Below the pieces are notes generated by a model. It saw only the letters and a list, made by a program, of their open reading frames with translations. It searched no databases and was not told the DNA's origin. Both the position numbers and the translations under genes were made by a program. Source: Nitrososphaerota archaeon (lineage in GTDB: Archaea > Thermoproteota > Nitrososphaeria > Conexivisphaerales > UBA164). From it: 64,000 nucleotides of DNA. The stretch's first letter is position 1. Every line of letters starts with the position of its first letter. Below, in pieces: positions 46,233-55,986 of this stretch. Location of the stretch: NCBI GenBank assembly GCA_023381255.1, contig JAMCTX010000003.1:392-64391 (forward strand). Reading direction: 5' to 3'.

Positions 46233-48281
46233 TCACGGTTCGACAATTGCACGCACATCTACTGCAAAGGAACCGGTATCATTAACGATCAAGGGGTTAA
46301 TCTCAATTTCCTTGAGCTTTTCGAATGATGCTGCCCATGCTGAAAGCGATGAAATTGAATTCGCAAGTGATCCCAAGTCTGCAGGAGCCCTTCCCCTGTA
46401 TCCCTTCAGAAGCGGGGCCGCTTTGAGCTCCTCAAGCATTTTTAATGCTTCGCCTGAAGAAACAGGGGCTATCCTTGTTCTGTGGTCCATTAAAAGCTCC
46501 GTCAGCACTCCGCCTGCCCCTATGTCAATGTACTTCCCGAATGCAGTGTCATTGGCAATGCCAATCCTCATCTCTGTGCCGACGATCATTTCTTGTGCGT
46601 ATATTTTTCCATCTGGAAACGCTTTGCGAAGATCTCTGAACGAAGCTGTAGCATCACCCTTATTGCCTATGTTTACCCTTACCGCCCCGGCTTCAGTTTT
46701 GTGAATAAGGAGCCCCGAAAAAACCTTAAGAGCAATGGGGTACCTGATTTTACCCAGGTCATCTTCGCCTTCCACCCAGGCCCATCTGGGGCTTTTAAAG
46801 CCGAACGTGCCAATGATATCGATTAACCCGGGCTCTGTGTGCACCCCTGGACCAAACGTTGCTTGGTTGTGCACGGCCACGGGGCCCCAGGCAGGCTCAA
46901 TTTCGTTTAGCATGTAAAGTAGCGAAAGAATGCGCGCCGCCTGCTGGGGCGAATCCACCGAAGGTATGCCATTCGCGTCGTAAATTTCCCTGATCCGATA
47001 TGACCAGGGGGACCTTCCAAGCTCCACAGCCACCGTCGGCTTTCTGATTTTACGTTGTATGCTTGCTATCATGGAGGGCAGGCGGTCAGTGATGCCGGGG
47101 GGATAATGAGTGCTTATGACCACAACAGAATTTATATCATCAAACTTCATCAAACTTTCATAAACTGCTTCAATGCTGCTGTCGTTTCCCGATGCGCTTA
47201 CGTCTATCGGGTTTTCGACGCTTGCTATGCCCGGCAGCGCCCCATTTTCCTTTAACCCCATGAGCCTGCTGTGCAGAGGAGGAACGTTCATTCCGCGAAG
47301 TGAAGCTTCATCCGCAGCAAGCACGCCTGCTCCCCCGCTGTTTGTTAGCACGGCAACTCCCTTTCCTTTTACAGTGCCCAGCATCTGATATGACTTGATA
47401 AGGGCAATAAAATCCCTGAAATCCATTACAGAAAGCGCTCCAGCCTGTTTTATCGCCGCAAGGTAAACGTCTGAGTTGCTTACGATTGAGCCGGTGTGGG
47501 AAGATGTTGCCCTTTTTCCAGCTTCACTGACCCCGGCAACCATGGCAACTACCTTTTTTTTAAGGGAGGCTTTGGATATAGCCCCCATGAGTTTTCTCCC
47601 ATCCTGAACCCCCTCCAGGTAAAGTGCAATCAGGTCCGTGAATCTGTCTTCCGAAAAATATTCAATGATTTCCGAAGAATCTATATCGTCAGAATTGCCA
47701 AGGCAAGTAAGTGACCTGATACCGATTCCAGAACTCAACAGTTCGTCATAAAGCGAAACGCTGATTCCTCCACTCTGCGCAATTATTGCAACGCGCCCCT
47801 TTATTGGGTCGGGAATTGACCTCAGGCTAACTCCGTCAGAGTTCATTTTATAGTCCGGTAAGAACAGGGTGTTTATGCCGCTGTATGGGTCAACAATGCC
47901 TATGGTGTTTGGGCCAAGCACCCTTGTCTTGTGTATAACCGGCCTGAGCGGCTTTCCTCCGCTTTCGCTAAAGCCTCCTGATATGATAATTGCAACGCCC
48001 ACACCCGCATCCTGTGCCTGCAAAAGGTAATCTACAACAAACTTTGTAGGGACTGCAATTATTGCAAGATCGGTGCTCCCTTCCAGCATTTTTTTGCATT
48101 TTACGCCTAGGCATTCGTCATAAAGCGGGTTTACAGCGTAAATGTTTGCGCTGAGCTTGCCGCCTCTGGCGGCAGAGAGCAGGTTGTTCAGAATCACCGT
48201 TGCCAGATTGCTGCTGTTTGGTGACGGGCCAACTACTGCAATTGTAGAAGGTTCATAAAGGCGCTTTAGGGAACCATCCAT
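46233..48281 (-). CDS. acetyl-CoA synthetase (ADP-forming), fused alpha-beta type
   Basis: 682 aa. N-terminal CoA-binding/succinyl-CoA-synthetase-like domains, C-terminal ATP-grasp. Confidence 0.8.
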   Translation of the reverse strand: MDGSLKRLYEPSTIAVVGPSPNSSNLATVILNNLLSAARGGKLSANIYAVNPLYDECLGVKCKKMLEGSTDLAIIAVPTKFVVDYLLQAQDAGVGVAIIISGGFSESGGKPLRPVIHKTRVLGPNTIGIVDPYSGINTLFLPDYKMNSDGVSLRSIPDPIKGRVAIIAQSGGISVSLYDELLSSGIGIRSLTCLGNSDDIDSSEIIEYFSEDRFTDLIALYLEGVQDGRKLMGAISKASLKKKVVAMVAGVSEAGKRATSSHTGSIVSNSDVYLAAIKQAGALSVMDFRDFIALIKSYQMLGTVKGKGVAVLTNSGGAGVLAADEASLRGMNVPPLHSRLMGLKENGALPGIASVENPIDVSASGNDSSIEAVYESLMKFDDINSVVVISTHYPPGITDRLPSMIASIQRKIRKPTVAVELGRSPWSYRIREIYDANGIPSVDSPQQAARILSLLYMLNEIEPAWGPVAVHNQATFGPGVHTEPGLIDIIGTFGFKSPRWAWVEGEDDLGKIRYPIALKVFSGLLIHKTEAGAVRVNIGNKGDATASFRDLRKAFPDGKIYAQEMIVGTEMRIGIANDTAFGKYIDIGAGGVLTELLMDHRTRIAPVSSGEALKMLEELKAAPLLKGYRGRAPADLGSLANSISSLSAWAASFEKLKEIEINPLIVNDTGSFAVDVRAIVEP

Positions 48282-48405
48282 GCTTATAATCTGTAATAAC
48301 CCATATAATAATTTAGATGTTTACCGTTTAAACGGCAATTAATTTTAATAAAATTTCGTGTATCGATTAAATATTTATTAAAGTCTTTTGAAAAATATTA
48401 ATATT

Positions 48406-48813
48406 ATGAGTGGGAAAAGAAGGATCAGGGTAATAATTGCCAAGCCGGGTCTGGACGGGCATGATCGGGGGGCCAAAGTGCTTGCCAGGTCCCTGATGGA
48501 AAGGGGATTTGACGTCGTGTACACTGGAATCAGGCAGACGCCTGATGACATTGTAAGAGCCGCCATCGAGGAGGACGCTGACGTGATCGGGTTGAGTGTC
48601 CTGTCAGGCGCTCACATGTACCAGTTCAGGAGGGTCGCTCGCCTTATGAAACAAAATAAAATTGAAGATGTACTGTTGATAGGCGGCGGGATAATACCCG
48701 AATCGGACAGGCCCAAGCTAGCAAGGATTGGCGTAAGCGCTGTATTTGGTCCTGGCTCAAGCATCGATGAAATATCCAGCTTTATAACCAGCAGGTGCAG
48801 GAGGTTAAAATGA
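48406..48813 (+). CDS. methylmalonyl-CoA mutase, B12-binding small subunit
   Basis: RVIIAKPGLDGHDRGAKV (DxHxxG cobalamin-binding motif). Confidence 0.85.
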   Translation: MSGKRRIRVIIAKPGLDGHDRGAKVLARSLMERGFDVVYTGIRQTPDDIVRAAIEEDADVIGLSVLSGAHMYQFRRVARLMKQNKIEDVLLIGGGIIPESDRPKLARIGVSAVFGPGSSIDEISSFITSRCRRLK

Positions 48814-49694
48814 TAGAAAGGGCGGCTTCGGGGGATAGGAAAGCCCTTGCAAGGGTCATGACAGAAATAGAGCTTGGCAATGATAGAATAAGCGAAAGCC
48901 TGTTGGACAAGCTGCACGGGTCGTTTGTAGTGGGCATAACCGGCTTTCCCGGCAGCGGAAAATCCACAATAATATCAGGTCTTGCGATGGAGTTGATAAA
49001 GATGGGCCAGAAGGTTGGCGTCCTGTGCGTTGATCCAACCTCTCCACTTTCCGGCGGCTCCATTCTTGGCGACAGAATCAGGATGCAGGAGCTGAGCAGG
49101 CAGACTGGCGCATTTATAAGAAGCGTTCCAACTGGCGGAAAAAAGGGCGGCCTCGGCTATTTTACAGTAGACCTGATAAATGCGCTGGATGCGGCTGGCT
49201 ACGAAAAAATATTCATAGAAACAGTAGGGGCAGGGCAGGATGAAACTGACATACATAATATAGCCGATGCGGTAGTGATGGTAACTGTCCCGAATCTTGG
49301 CGATGAGGTGCAGGCCATTAAGGCGGGCATCATGGAGATTGCAGATATCTTTGTTGTAAACAAAGCCGATACAGGACCAGCTGATGAAAAGGTGAAGGAA
49401 TTGCTTGCGCTGGGCACTGCAGGCCGCATGCCCGAGGTCATAAAGGTTGTAGCCACCAGGGGTGAGGGGATTGCCGGGCTTGCATCCGCAATTGAAAGGC
49501 GCCTTCAACAGAGCAGCATGAGCCGGCAGGAACGCATAAAGTCCAGGCTGAAACAGCTGGTGCGCTATCATGTAGAATACAGGCTTGACAGGTACCTTGC
49601 AAGCAGGGACTTTGACAGCATGGCAAACGAGCTTATGTCGGGCGGTGGGATTGCCCAAATCATTTCCAGAGCAGCAGGTGAGCTGGCCAAATGA
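48810..49694 (+). CDS. meaB: MeaB/ArgK methylmalonyl-CoA mutase-associated GTPase
   Basis: Walker A GFPGSGKST. NKxD as VVNKAD. ATGA overlap with the upstream gene. Confidence 0.85.
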   Translation: MIERAASGDRKALARVMTEIELGNDRISESLLDKLHGSFVVGITGFPGSGKSTIISGLAMELIKMGQKVGVLCVDPTSPLSGGSILGDRIRMQELSRQTGAFIRSVPTGGKKGGLGYFTVDLINALDAAGYEKIFIETVGAGQDETDIHNIADAVVMVTVPNLGDEVQAIKAGIMEIADIFVVNKADTGPADEKVKELLALGTAGRMPEVIKVVATRGEGIAGLASAIERRLQQSSMSRQERIKSRLKQLVRYHVEYRLDRYLASRDFDSMANELMSGGGIAQIISRAAGELAK

Positions 49695-51319
49695 GCAATA
49701 TCAGGAGGGCCCTGGATTCCTGGGAAAGGGGGAAGGAACGAGCACCCGACAGATTCACCAGGTCTGGCATTCCAGTCAAGGCTTTGTACACGCCGCTTGA
49801 TGTGGGGGGCGGCTATGTGGACAAGCTTGGATTTCCGGGGGAATACCCGTTCACCAGGGGGATACATGGTGAAATGTACAGGAAAAGGCTATGGACAATC
49901 AGGGAATTTTCCGGATACGGGGATGCAATCGAAACCAACAGGAGGTTAAAGTACCTGTTACAGCAGGGCGAAACAGGGCTGAGCATAGCCTTCGACTATC
50001 CGACGCTGCTTGGGCTTGATTCTGATGACGAGCTTTCGAGGGGGGAGTTTGGAAGGGCTGGGGTTGGGATCAGCACCCTTGACGATATGGAGCTTATGTT
50101 TCAGGACATACCGCTGGGCACCGTATCAACATCAATGACTATAAACGGTCCGGCCGCTGTCATATGGGCGTTTTATATTCTGGCAGCAGAGCATCAGGGG
50201 GTTTTGCCGGCGGGGCTGCGCGGTACCATTCAGAACGACATACTCAAGGAATACATGGCGCAAAAATCATACATATTTCCGCCGGAGCCTTCGCTCAAGC
50301 TTGTTGTAGACACTATAGAGTACAGCTCAAAAGCGCTGCCCCAGTGGAATCCGATAAGCATAAGCGGTTACCACATACGGGAAGCGGGAGCCACTGCTGT
50401 TCAGGAGCTTGCGTTCACCATTGCCAACGGGCTTACATACGTGGAAGAGGCGGTCGGGAGAGGGCTTGACATAGACGATTTTGCGCCCAGGTTGAGCTTC
50501 TTCTTTGACAGCTCAATTTACTTCTTTGAAGAGATAGCAAAGTTCAGGGCGGCAAGAAGGATTTGGGCAAGGGAAATCAGGAGCAGGCACAACCCAAAAA
50601 AGGAAAGGTCAATGTGGATGAGGTTTCACACGCAGACTTCTGGCGTGAGCCTGACGGCGCAGCAGCCTGAAAACAACATAGTGAGGACTGCAATCGAAGC
50701 AATGGCGGCCGTGCTTGGAGGAACCCAGAGCCTCCACACGAATGCCATGGATGAAGCGTGGGGGCTCCCCACTGAGCTTGCGGCTACCATAGCCCTGAGG
50801 ACTCAGCAGATAATAGCAGAAGAATCCGGGCTTCCTGACACGGTTGACCCTGCAGGTGGAAGCTATTATCTGGAGTGGCTAACCGATAAAATGGAGGAAG
50901 AAGCCTATGCCTATCTGGATAGGATAAACGCAATTGGGGGAGTGGTAAAGGGGATAAAGAGCGGGTTCTTCCAGAGGGAAATAGCCGAGTCGTCATACAA
51001 ATACCAGAAGGAGGTTGAAGAAAATAAGCGCATAATTGTCGGAGTGAACGCCCATATTCAGGGTAAAACAGCGGAAATTCCGGTCCTTAAAGTGTCGGAG
51101 AGGTACGAAAGGAGGCAGATAAGCAGGCTCAAGGAATACAGGAGGAACAGGGATGATCAGAAGGTTAGGCAGGCGCTGAACCATATACAGAAGGTTGCCT
51201 GGGAGGAAAACCTCATGCCAGGCATAATGAGCGCCGCAAAGGCAGGTGCCACGCTGGGCGAGATAATCGGCACAATGAAGGATGTCTGGGGGGAATACAG
51301 GGAACCGGTGATATTCTAG
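49691..51319 (+). CDS. methylmalonyl-CoA mutase, catalytic large subunit
   Basis: FTRGIHGEMYRKRLWTIREFSGYG and TIQNDILKEY motifs. 542 aa. Confidence 0.9.
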   Translation: MSNIRRALDSWERGKERAPDRFTRSGIPVKALYTPLDVGGGYVDKLGFPGEYPFTRGIHGEMYRKRLWTIREFSGYGDAIETNRRLKYLLQQGETGLSIAFDYPTLLGLDSDDELSRGEFGRAGVGISTLDDMELMFQDIPLGTVSTSMTINGPAAVIWAFYILAAEHQGVLPAGLRGTIQNDILKEYMAQKSYIFPPEPSLKLVVDTIEYSSKALPQWNPISISGYHIREAGATAVQELAFTIANGLTYVEEAVGRGLDIDDFAPRLSFFFDSSIYFFEEIAKFRAARRIWAREIRSRHNPKKERSMWMRFHTQTSGVSLTAQQPENNIVRTAIEAMAAVLGGTQSLHTNAMDEAWGLPTELAATIALRTQQIIAEESGLPDTVDPAGGSYYLEWLTDKMEEEAYAYLDRINAIGGVVKGIKSGFFQREIAESSYKYQKEVEENKRIIVGVNAHIQGKTAEIPVLKVSERYERRQISRLKEYRRNRDDQKVRQALNHIQKVAWEENLMPGIMSAAKAGATLGEIIGTMKDVWGEYREPVIF

Positions 51320-51880
51320 ATGGAAGTTGGTCTGGTGGAAGTTTATACCGGAAATGGAAAGGGCAAGACAACTGCTGCAGTGGGGCTTGCTGTCAGGGCA
51401 GCTGGCTGGGGCCTGAAGGTTGCGCTTGTGCACTTTATGAAAGTGGGCGGCTATGGTGAATCCAAAATACTGAAAAAGCAAAGCAACATAACTGAACGGT
51501 TTTACGGCATGAATTACTTTATAACCACAAACAAAGGCATCTCAGGCCTTCCAGTGGTGGTATATGAACCAGGCAAACCGCCAATTGATTATGTGGCAAA
51601 GGTCATGAGAGGTTTAAAGTGGGCTCGCAGAGCGCTGGTTTCTGGCAGATTTGACATGGTGGTGCTTGACGAGCTTGCTACGGCCGTGCATATGGGGCTG
51701 ATAGGGGAAAGCTATGTGCTGGATATGCTAAAGGAAAGGCCACGCGGTGTTGAGATCGTGATAACAGGGCGCTATGCAACCCAGGCCATGATTGATGCGG
51801 CTGACCTTGTAACAGAAATGAAGGAAATAAAGCACCCATATGGGAACGGCTTGGCTGCAAGAAAGGGAATTGAATTTTAG
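51320..51880 (+). CDS. cob(I)alamin adenosyltransferase (CobO/BtuR type)
   Basis: VEVYTGNGKGKTTAAVG P-loop and VLDEL motif. Start abuts the mutase stop. Confidence 0.8.
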   Translation: MEVGLVEVYTGNGKGKTTAAVGLAVRAAGWGLKVALVHFMKVGGYGESKILKKQSNITERFYGMNYFITTNKGISGLPVVVYEPGKPPIDYVAKVMRGLKWARRALVSGRFDMVVLDELATAVHMGLIGESYVLDMLKERPRGVEIVITGRYATQAMIDAADLVTEMKEIKHPYGNGLAARKGIEF

Positions 51881-53028
51881 GTTAGCTTGGTGCCGCTAAG
51901 CACGATTTCCTGCAACAGCGTGTCTGGCTCGTACTCATCCCATGATGTCATCTCCCTTAGCTTGTAAATAGCGCGCATTATGCGTTGCATTCCAATTTCA
52001 TTTCCGATTTCCAGGATCCCCTGCGGGTAGCCAAGGCCAAGCTTTGTAGCTTTATCAACATTTTGCGGCTCAGATACACCTTCCCTGACCAGCCAAATCG
52101 CTTCATTAACAGCGGGGGCAACCAGCATGGCTAGGTCAACCTGCGCCCCGGCATCGCGGCTTATGCTTGCCCTGTAGTATTTTCCAGCCGCGGGATACGT
52201 ATAAAAGCCTGAACCCGTCTTAAACCCCAGTTCTCCCCTTCCGTATTTTTCCTCAAACAGGCTGCATTGATGCATCACAAAACCCCTTTCCTTCATGGCC
52301 TGGAAAACAAGGTAAAAGACGTCAATGCCGCTGTAGTCAGCCAGCTCAAAAGCCCCCATCGGAAATCCAAGCCTGTATTTAAGAGCCGAATCCACCGATT
52401 CAATCGTTGCCACTCCAAAAGTTACAAGCGCACACGAAGTATTCAGAAGCCTTGCAAGCACCCTGTTTACGATAAACCCTGGCACATCCCTGTTTACCAG
52501 AACAGGCTCCTTTCCAAACTTCTTTGAAATATCAACCGCAGCTTTGACGTATCCATCGGATGTCTTCTGACCCCTTACAATTTCCACCAGAGGCATGAGC
52601 TGCGGTGGGTTAAAGAAGTGCATTCCGATTACGCGCTCGGGTTTTGGCACAACCTTCGCAATCTCAGATACGGGTATGCTGCTTGTATTTGTAGCAAGCA
52701 GTGCGTCATCTGGGGCCATTGCGCCTGCAATCTTGAACAGTTTCAGCTTAAGGTCAAGCATTTCTGGCGCTGCTTCAAACATGACTGATGCAGCGCTGAG
52801 AGCATCGTCCAGGGATTTCTCCGTGCTCAGCCTGGACATAATTGAATCGATGCTTTCTTTTAGCTTTCCGCCTTCATTCATCTTGCCGAGGCTCCACCTT
52901 ATTTTTTCAATGGCAGCATTCAGCATGTCGTCTGAGACGTCATTTAAGGTTACATTATAGCCTGCCATCGCGGCAAGCTGGGCTATGCCGTGTCCCATCG
53001 TGCCAGCTCCTATTACCGCAGCTTTCAC
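51877..53028 (-). CDS. 3-hydroxyacyl-CoA (3-hydroxybutyryl-CoA) dehydrogenase
   Basis: AAVIGAGTMGHGIAQLAA. HFFNPP motif. Confidence 0.85.
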   Translation of the reverse strand: MKAAVIGAGTMGHGIAQLAAMAGYNVTLNDVSDDMLNAAIEKIRWSLGKMNEGGKLKESIDSIMSRLSTEKSLDDALSAASVMFEAAPEMLDLKLKLFKIAGAMAPDDALLATNTSSIPVSEIAKVVPKPERVIGMHFFNPPQLMPLVEIVRGQKTSDGYVKAAVDISKKFGKEPVLVNRDVPGFIVNRVLARLLNTSCALVTFGVATIESVDSALKYRLGFPMGAFELADYSGIDVFYLVFQAMKERGFVMHQCSLFEEKYGRGELGFKTGSGFYTYPAAGKYYRASISRDAGAQVDLAMLVAPAVNEAIWLVREGVSEPQNVDKATKLGLGYPQGILEIGNEIGMQRIMRAIYKLREMTSWDEYEPDTLLQEIVLSGTKLT

Positions 53029-54231
53029 CTAAGACACCTCTAGGTTCTTTGAAATCATTCTGAGCAGGCTCCTGAATACAGTCAGCCTCTGTATATCGTT
53101 TGCCCCCTCATATATCGTGGTTATCACCGAATCCCTGAGGAGCCTTTCAACGCCAGTATCGCGGTCCACGCCGGCGCCGCCATGAATTTTGATTGTCAAT
53201 GACGCCATCTTTTCTGCGGTCTCAGTGGAGTATGTTTTGGCTATAGACGATGCCATATAAAACTCGGGCCGTTTAGAGTCAGCAAGGTAAGCCGCCCAGT
53301 ACGTCAAAAGTCTGGAGGCCTCAAGTTCCATAAGCATGTCAGATATCTTAAAAGCTATGCCTTCAAATGAGGCGAGGGGCTTTTCAAACGCCTTCCTCTG
53401 GGTTGAGTAATTGAATGCCATTTCAAAAGCTGCCTGAGCAATCCCCACTGCCTGTGCGGCTATCAGTATTCGTGAATAATCATACGTGGTCACGACAACC
53501 TTAAAGCCCTCGTCAAGCTTTCCCACCAGGTTTTCCTCCGGCACAGCCACATCATTAAATATGACTTCATTTGGCTGTTCACCCCTCAGGCCAATGACGT
53601 CAAACTTATGCCCTATTTCCACCCCACTGAACCCTTTTTCCACAATAAATGTAGACAGACCCTTCCATCTGGACTGCGGATTAGCGGGCGAAGTCCTGGC
53701 TGAGGCAATAAAGAAGTCAGCCCTGTCGGCATTTGTTATAAACGCCTTGCGGCCGTTTAGCACCCACCCAGATTCGGACTTTCTGGCCGTTGTGCTTATG
53801 CCGGCCACGTCGCTTCCGGCCCCGGGTTCAGTGCTTGCATGGGCAGCAAGAGCCTTTCCTGTAGCCACAGGAACAACATACTTTGATTTTTGATCTTCGG
53901 TTCCAAAAACAATCAGCGGATCCACGAAAAGATGGTTAACCAGAAGCATAGTTCCAAATGAGGGGAGAACCCTCGAAATCTCCTCCGACATTATCACCAG
54001 CATCCTCATGTCGCCTCCCTGCCCGCCATATTCCTGCGGTATGCCAATGCCAGTAAGACCCAGATTTTTTGCATCGTCAATCACATTCTGAGGTATATCG
54101 TTTGTCCGTTCAACCTCCATGATTATCGGACTCAGCTTATCTTCACAGAACTGCCTTATTGACTTCCGGAATAACTCGTGCTCCTGGTTCATTCCTATGT
54201 TAAAATCATTTACATCTCCAAACGGGAACAT
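53029..54231 (-). CDS. acyl-CoA dehydrogenase
   Basis: STEPGAGSD and TIYEGANDIQ (catalytic Glu present). Confidence 0.9.
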   Translation of the reverse strand: MFPFGDVNDFNIGMNQEHELFRKSIRQFCEDKLSPIIMEVERTNDIPQNVIDDAKNLGLTGIGIPQEYGGQGGDMRMLVIMSEEISRVLPSFGTMLLVNHLFVDPLIVFGTEDQKSKYVVPVATGKALAAHASTEPGAGSDVAGISTTARKSESGWVLNGRKAFITNADRADFFIASARTSPANPQSRWKGLSTFIVEKGFSGVEIGHKFDVIGLRGEQPNEVIFNDVAVPEENLVGKLDEGFKVVVTTYDYSRILIAAQAVGIAQAAFEMAFNYSTQRKAFEKPLASFEGIAFKISDMLMELEASRLLTYWAAYLADSKRPEFYMASSIAKTYSTETAEKMASLTIKIHGGAGVDRDTGVERLLRDSVITTIYEGANDIQRLTVFRSLLRMISKNLEVS

Positions 54232-54473
54232 TTTTTTTCAATTGTTAAACGTGTTTGATAATATATTAATTTTGTGATTCCCTGCAAAACGTCCGCTTGT
54301 TTAACCAGTTAAATATGGCGATGCTTTTATTTTACATGGTAACTGTGGCGCAACTTTCAGTTGGGGGAATCTTGGTCCATTAAGCTCTGTGTGTTTGCTG
54401 GCGACCCTTAAAACTCCAAATGAAAATGCTTATTGCGCAATTTTTATAAGATGTTTTGCTCATTTTTTTAAGC

Positions 54474-55073
54474 ATGGCAGACATAAAGGACGTAATCTTT
54501 TCCAGGCGAAGCATAAGGTGGTTTAAAAAGGAACCCGTGCCGGACAAAGATATAGATGATATTATATCAGCAGGAATTAGGGCACCCACTGCCAGTGCAG
54601 GTGAACAGTGGCACTTTGTATGCGTAACAAGCGAGGAAAATAGGAAGAAAATGCTTTCATTTATAAAAAAGGGCCAGATGGCATACCTTTCAAGGGCTTT
54701 GAGGAGCGCTCCTGCAAAAAACGAAATTGATAAATGGAATGAAATGTTTGTAAAGGGCATTTATGATGCCCCGGCGTACATAATAGGCCTGCTTGATTAC
54801 AGCACCAGGACCCTCAACGACGAGTACATAAATTATGAAAGGATGTGGGGAATTGAAAGCGTGACCCTGGCTTTGGGGAACATGATGCTGCTTGCCTGGT
54901 CGAAGGGCTATGGCACAGTTTTCATCGCGGTACCCAAGTTCTATGAAGAGGATCTGAAGGAATCTCTGGGATTACCTGCCAGGATGGAATATGCCGGCAT
55001 GCTAGCGCTTGGAAAGCCAGCTGAGATGCCTGAATTAAAGCCAAGAAAACCTCTAAAAATAACAAAAATATAA
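54474..55073 (+). CDS. nitroreductase family protein
   Basis: VIFSRRSIRWFKKEPVP and APTASAGEQWHF, a typical nitroreductase N-terminus. Confidence 0.75.
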   Translation: MADIKDVIFSRRSIRWFKKEPVPDKDIDDIISAGIRAPTASAGEQWHFVCVTSEENRKKMLSFIKKGQMAYLSRALRSAPAKNEIDKWNEMFVKGIYDAPAYIIGLLDYSTRTLNDEYINYERMWGIESVTLALGNMMLLAWSKGYGTVFIAVPKFYEEDLKESLGLPARMEYAGMLALGKPAEMPELKPRKPLKITKI

Positions 55074-55079
55074 AAAGCT

Positions 55080-55530
55080 TCACGCCGGATAGGATTCCAT
55101 GTGTTCCTTTTCATAATATTTGTACAATCTTGTTGAGAGGCTGGGGACAGGTTCCGACATGCTCCTGATATACTTCTGTTTAGCTTCTTCCTTGGGAAGG
55201 TACTTTATGGCCCCCGTTGGGCATACTCCCACGCAAAGCCCGCACCTCCTTTACCATCTTGGTGGAATCCTTTTTGTCAGTCTTTACCTGCGATTTCTTT
55301 CCAGACGAAGTTATCATGTGCACTGTGTACTTTGCTGACAGCATCCTTAACATCACCTTACCTGTAGTGCTTGCCTCTATTACAACCGTTGACCCTTCAG
55401 GCACCCTTTCCATGAATTCGTTTATTCCGTCCCTTGTCGTGCTGAATTCGAACGTCTCAAGTAAGTTATAGCTCTCGTCAAACGTGCTTGCTGTGCAGCT
55501 CCTTTTGTGCGCATCTACGCCAACTATCAT
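55080..55530 (-). pseudogene. IS110-family transposase, N-terminal fragment with frameshift
   Basis: MIVGVDAHKRSC...VVIEASTTG...KTDKKDS is the DEDD-type IS110 N-domain. The reading frame breaks near 55190 and continues in another frame as YLPKEEAKQKYIRS. The C-terminal domain is absent. Confidence 0.65.
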
Positions 55531-55850
55531 TTTTCTTTATTCACCTCTGGCTTGCCCATAAATCCGGGACCGACAAACTCCCGATCGTGCTCGTTTGGTC
55601 ACATGTGGGTCAGTCGTTCTTTGGAAAGAGGCAGCCACGCTGTTAAAAGTGCACAACGCACAAGTAGATCGCGGGCTGCCCGGACCTATGAGCGCGCCGA
55701 TGCTTAAATGGTTTTCACTGGCTATAAGATTTTCATACCCGCTGTTTAGGGCTTTTTTACTGACTTTTATATCAATAATCCAGGAAAGGCAGCAGCTTGC
55801 AAGAATAGCTGAAAAGGACAACTATTATCGTCTGTTGTTCCCGTGACAGG
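55531..55850 (-). ncRNA. GC-rich non-coding end upstream of the IS110 transposase remnant (bridge/seek-RNA-type region, speculative)
   Basis: Locally GC-rich and open in several frames on both strands. Complementary segments TCCGGG (55563-55568) / CCCGGA (55679-55684) and CCCGATC / GATCGCGGG. Confidence 0.3.
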
Positions 55851-55986
55851 AAAATCAACATAATTTTTCACAACATTCAAGTTGTGCAGTAACATTTAAA
55901 AATGAAATTATAGTAATACTGTTATGCAAAAAAATGCATATTATATATCAAATAACTACAATACAGTAAGCAAATTATCATATACT

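Noticed and set aside
55507-55846. Three overlapping ORFs (66, 94 and 83 aa) on both strands
   Set aside because: Multiple open frames in a GC-rich patch directly upstream of the IS110 remnant. Interpreted as the non-coding IS end, not as genes.
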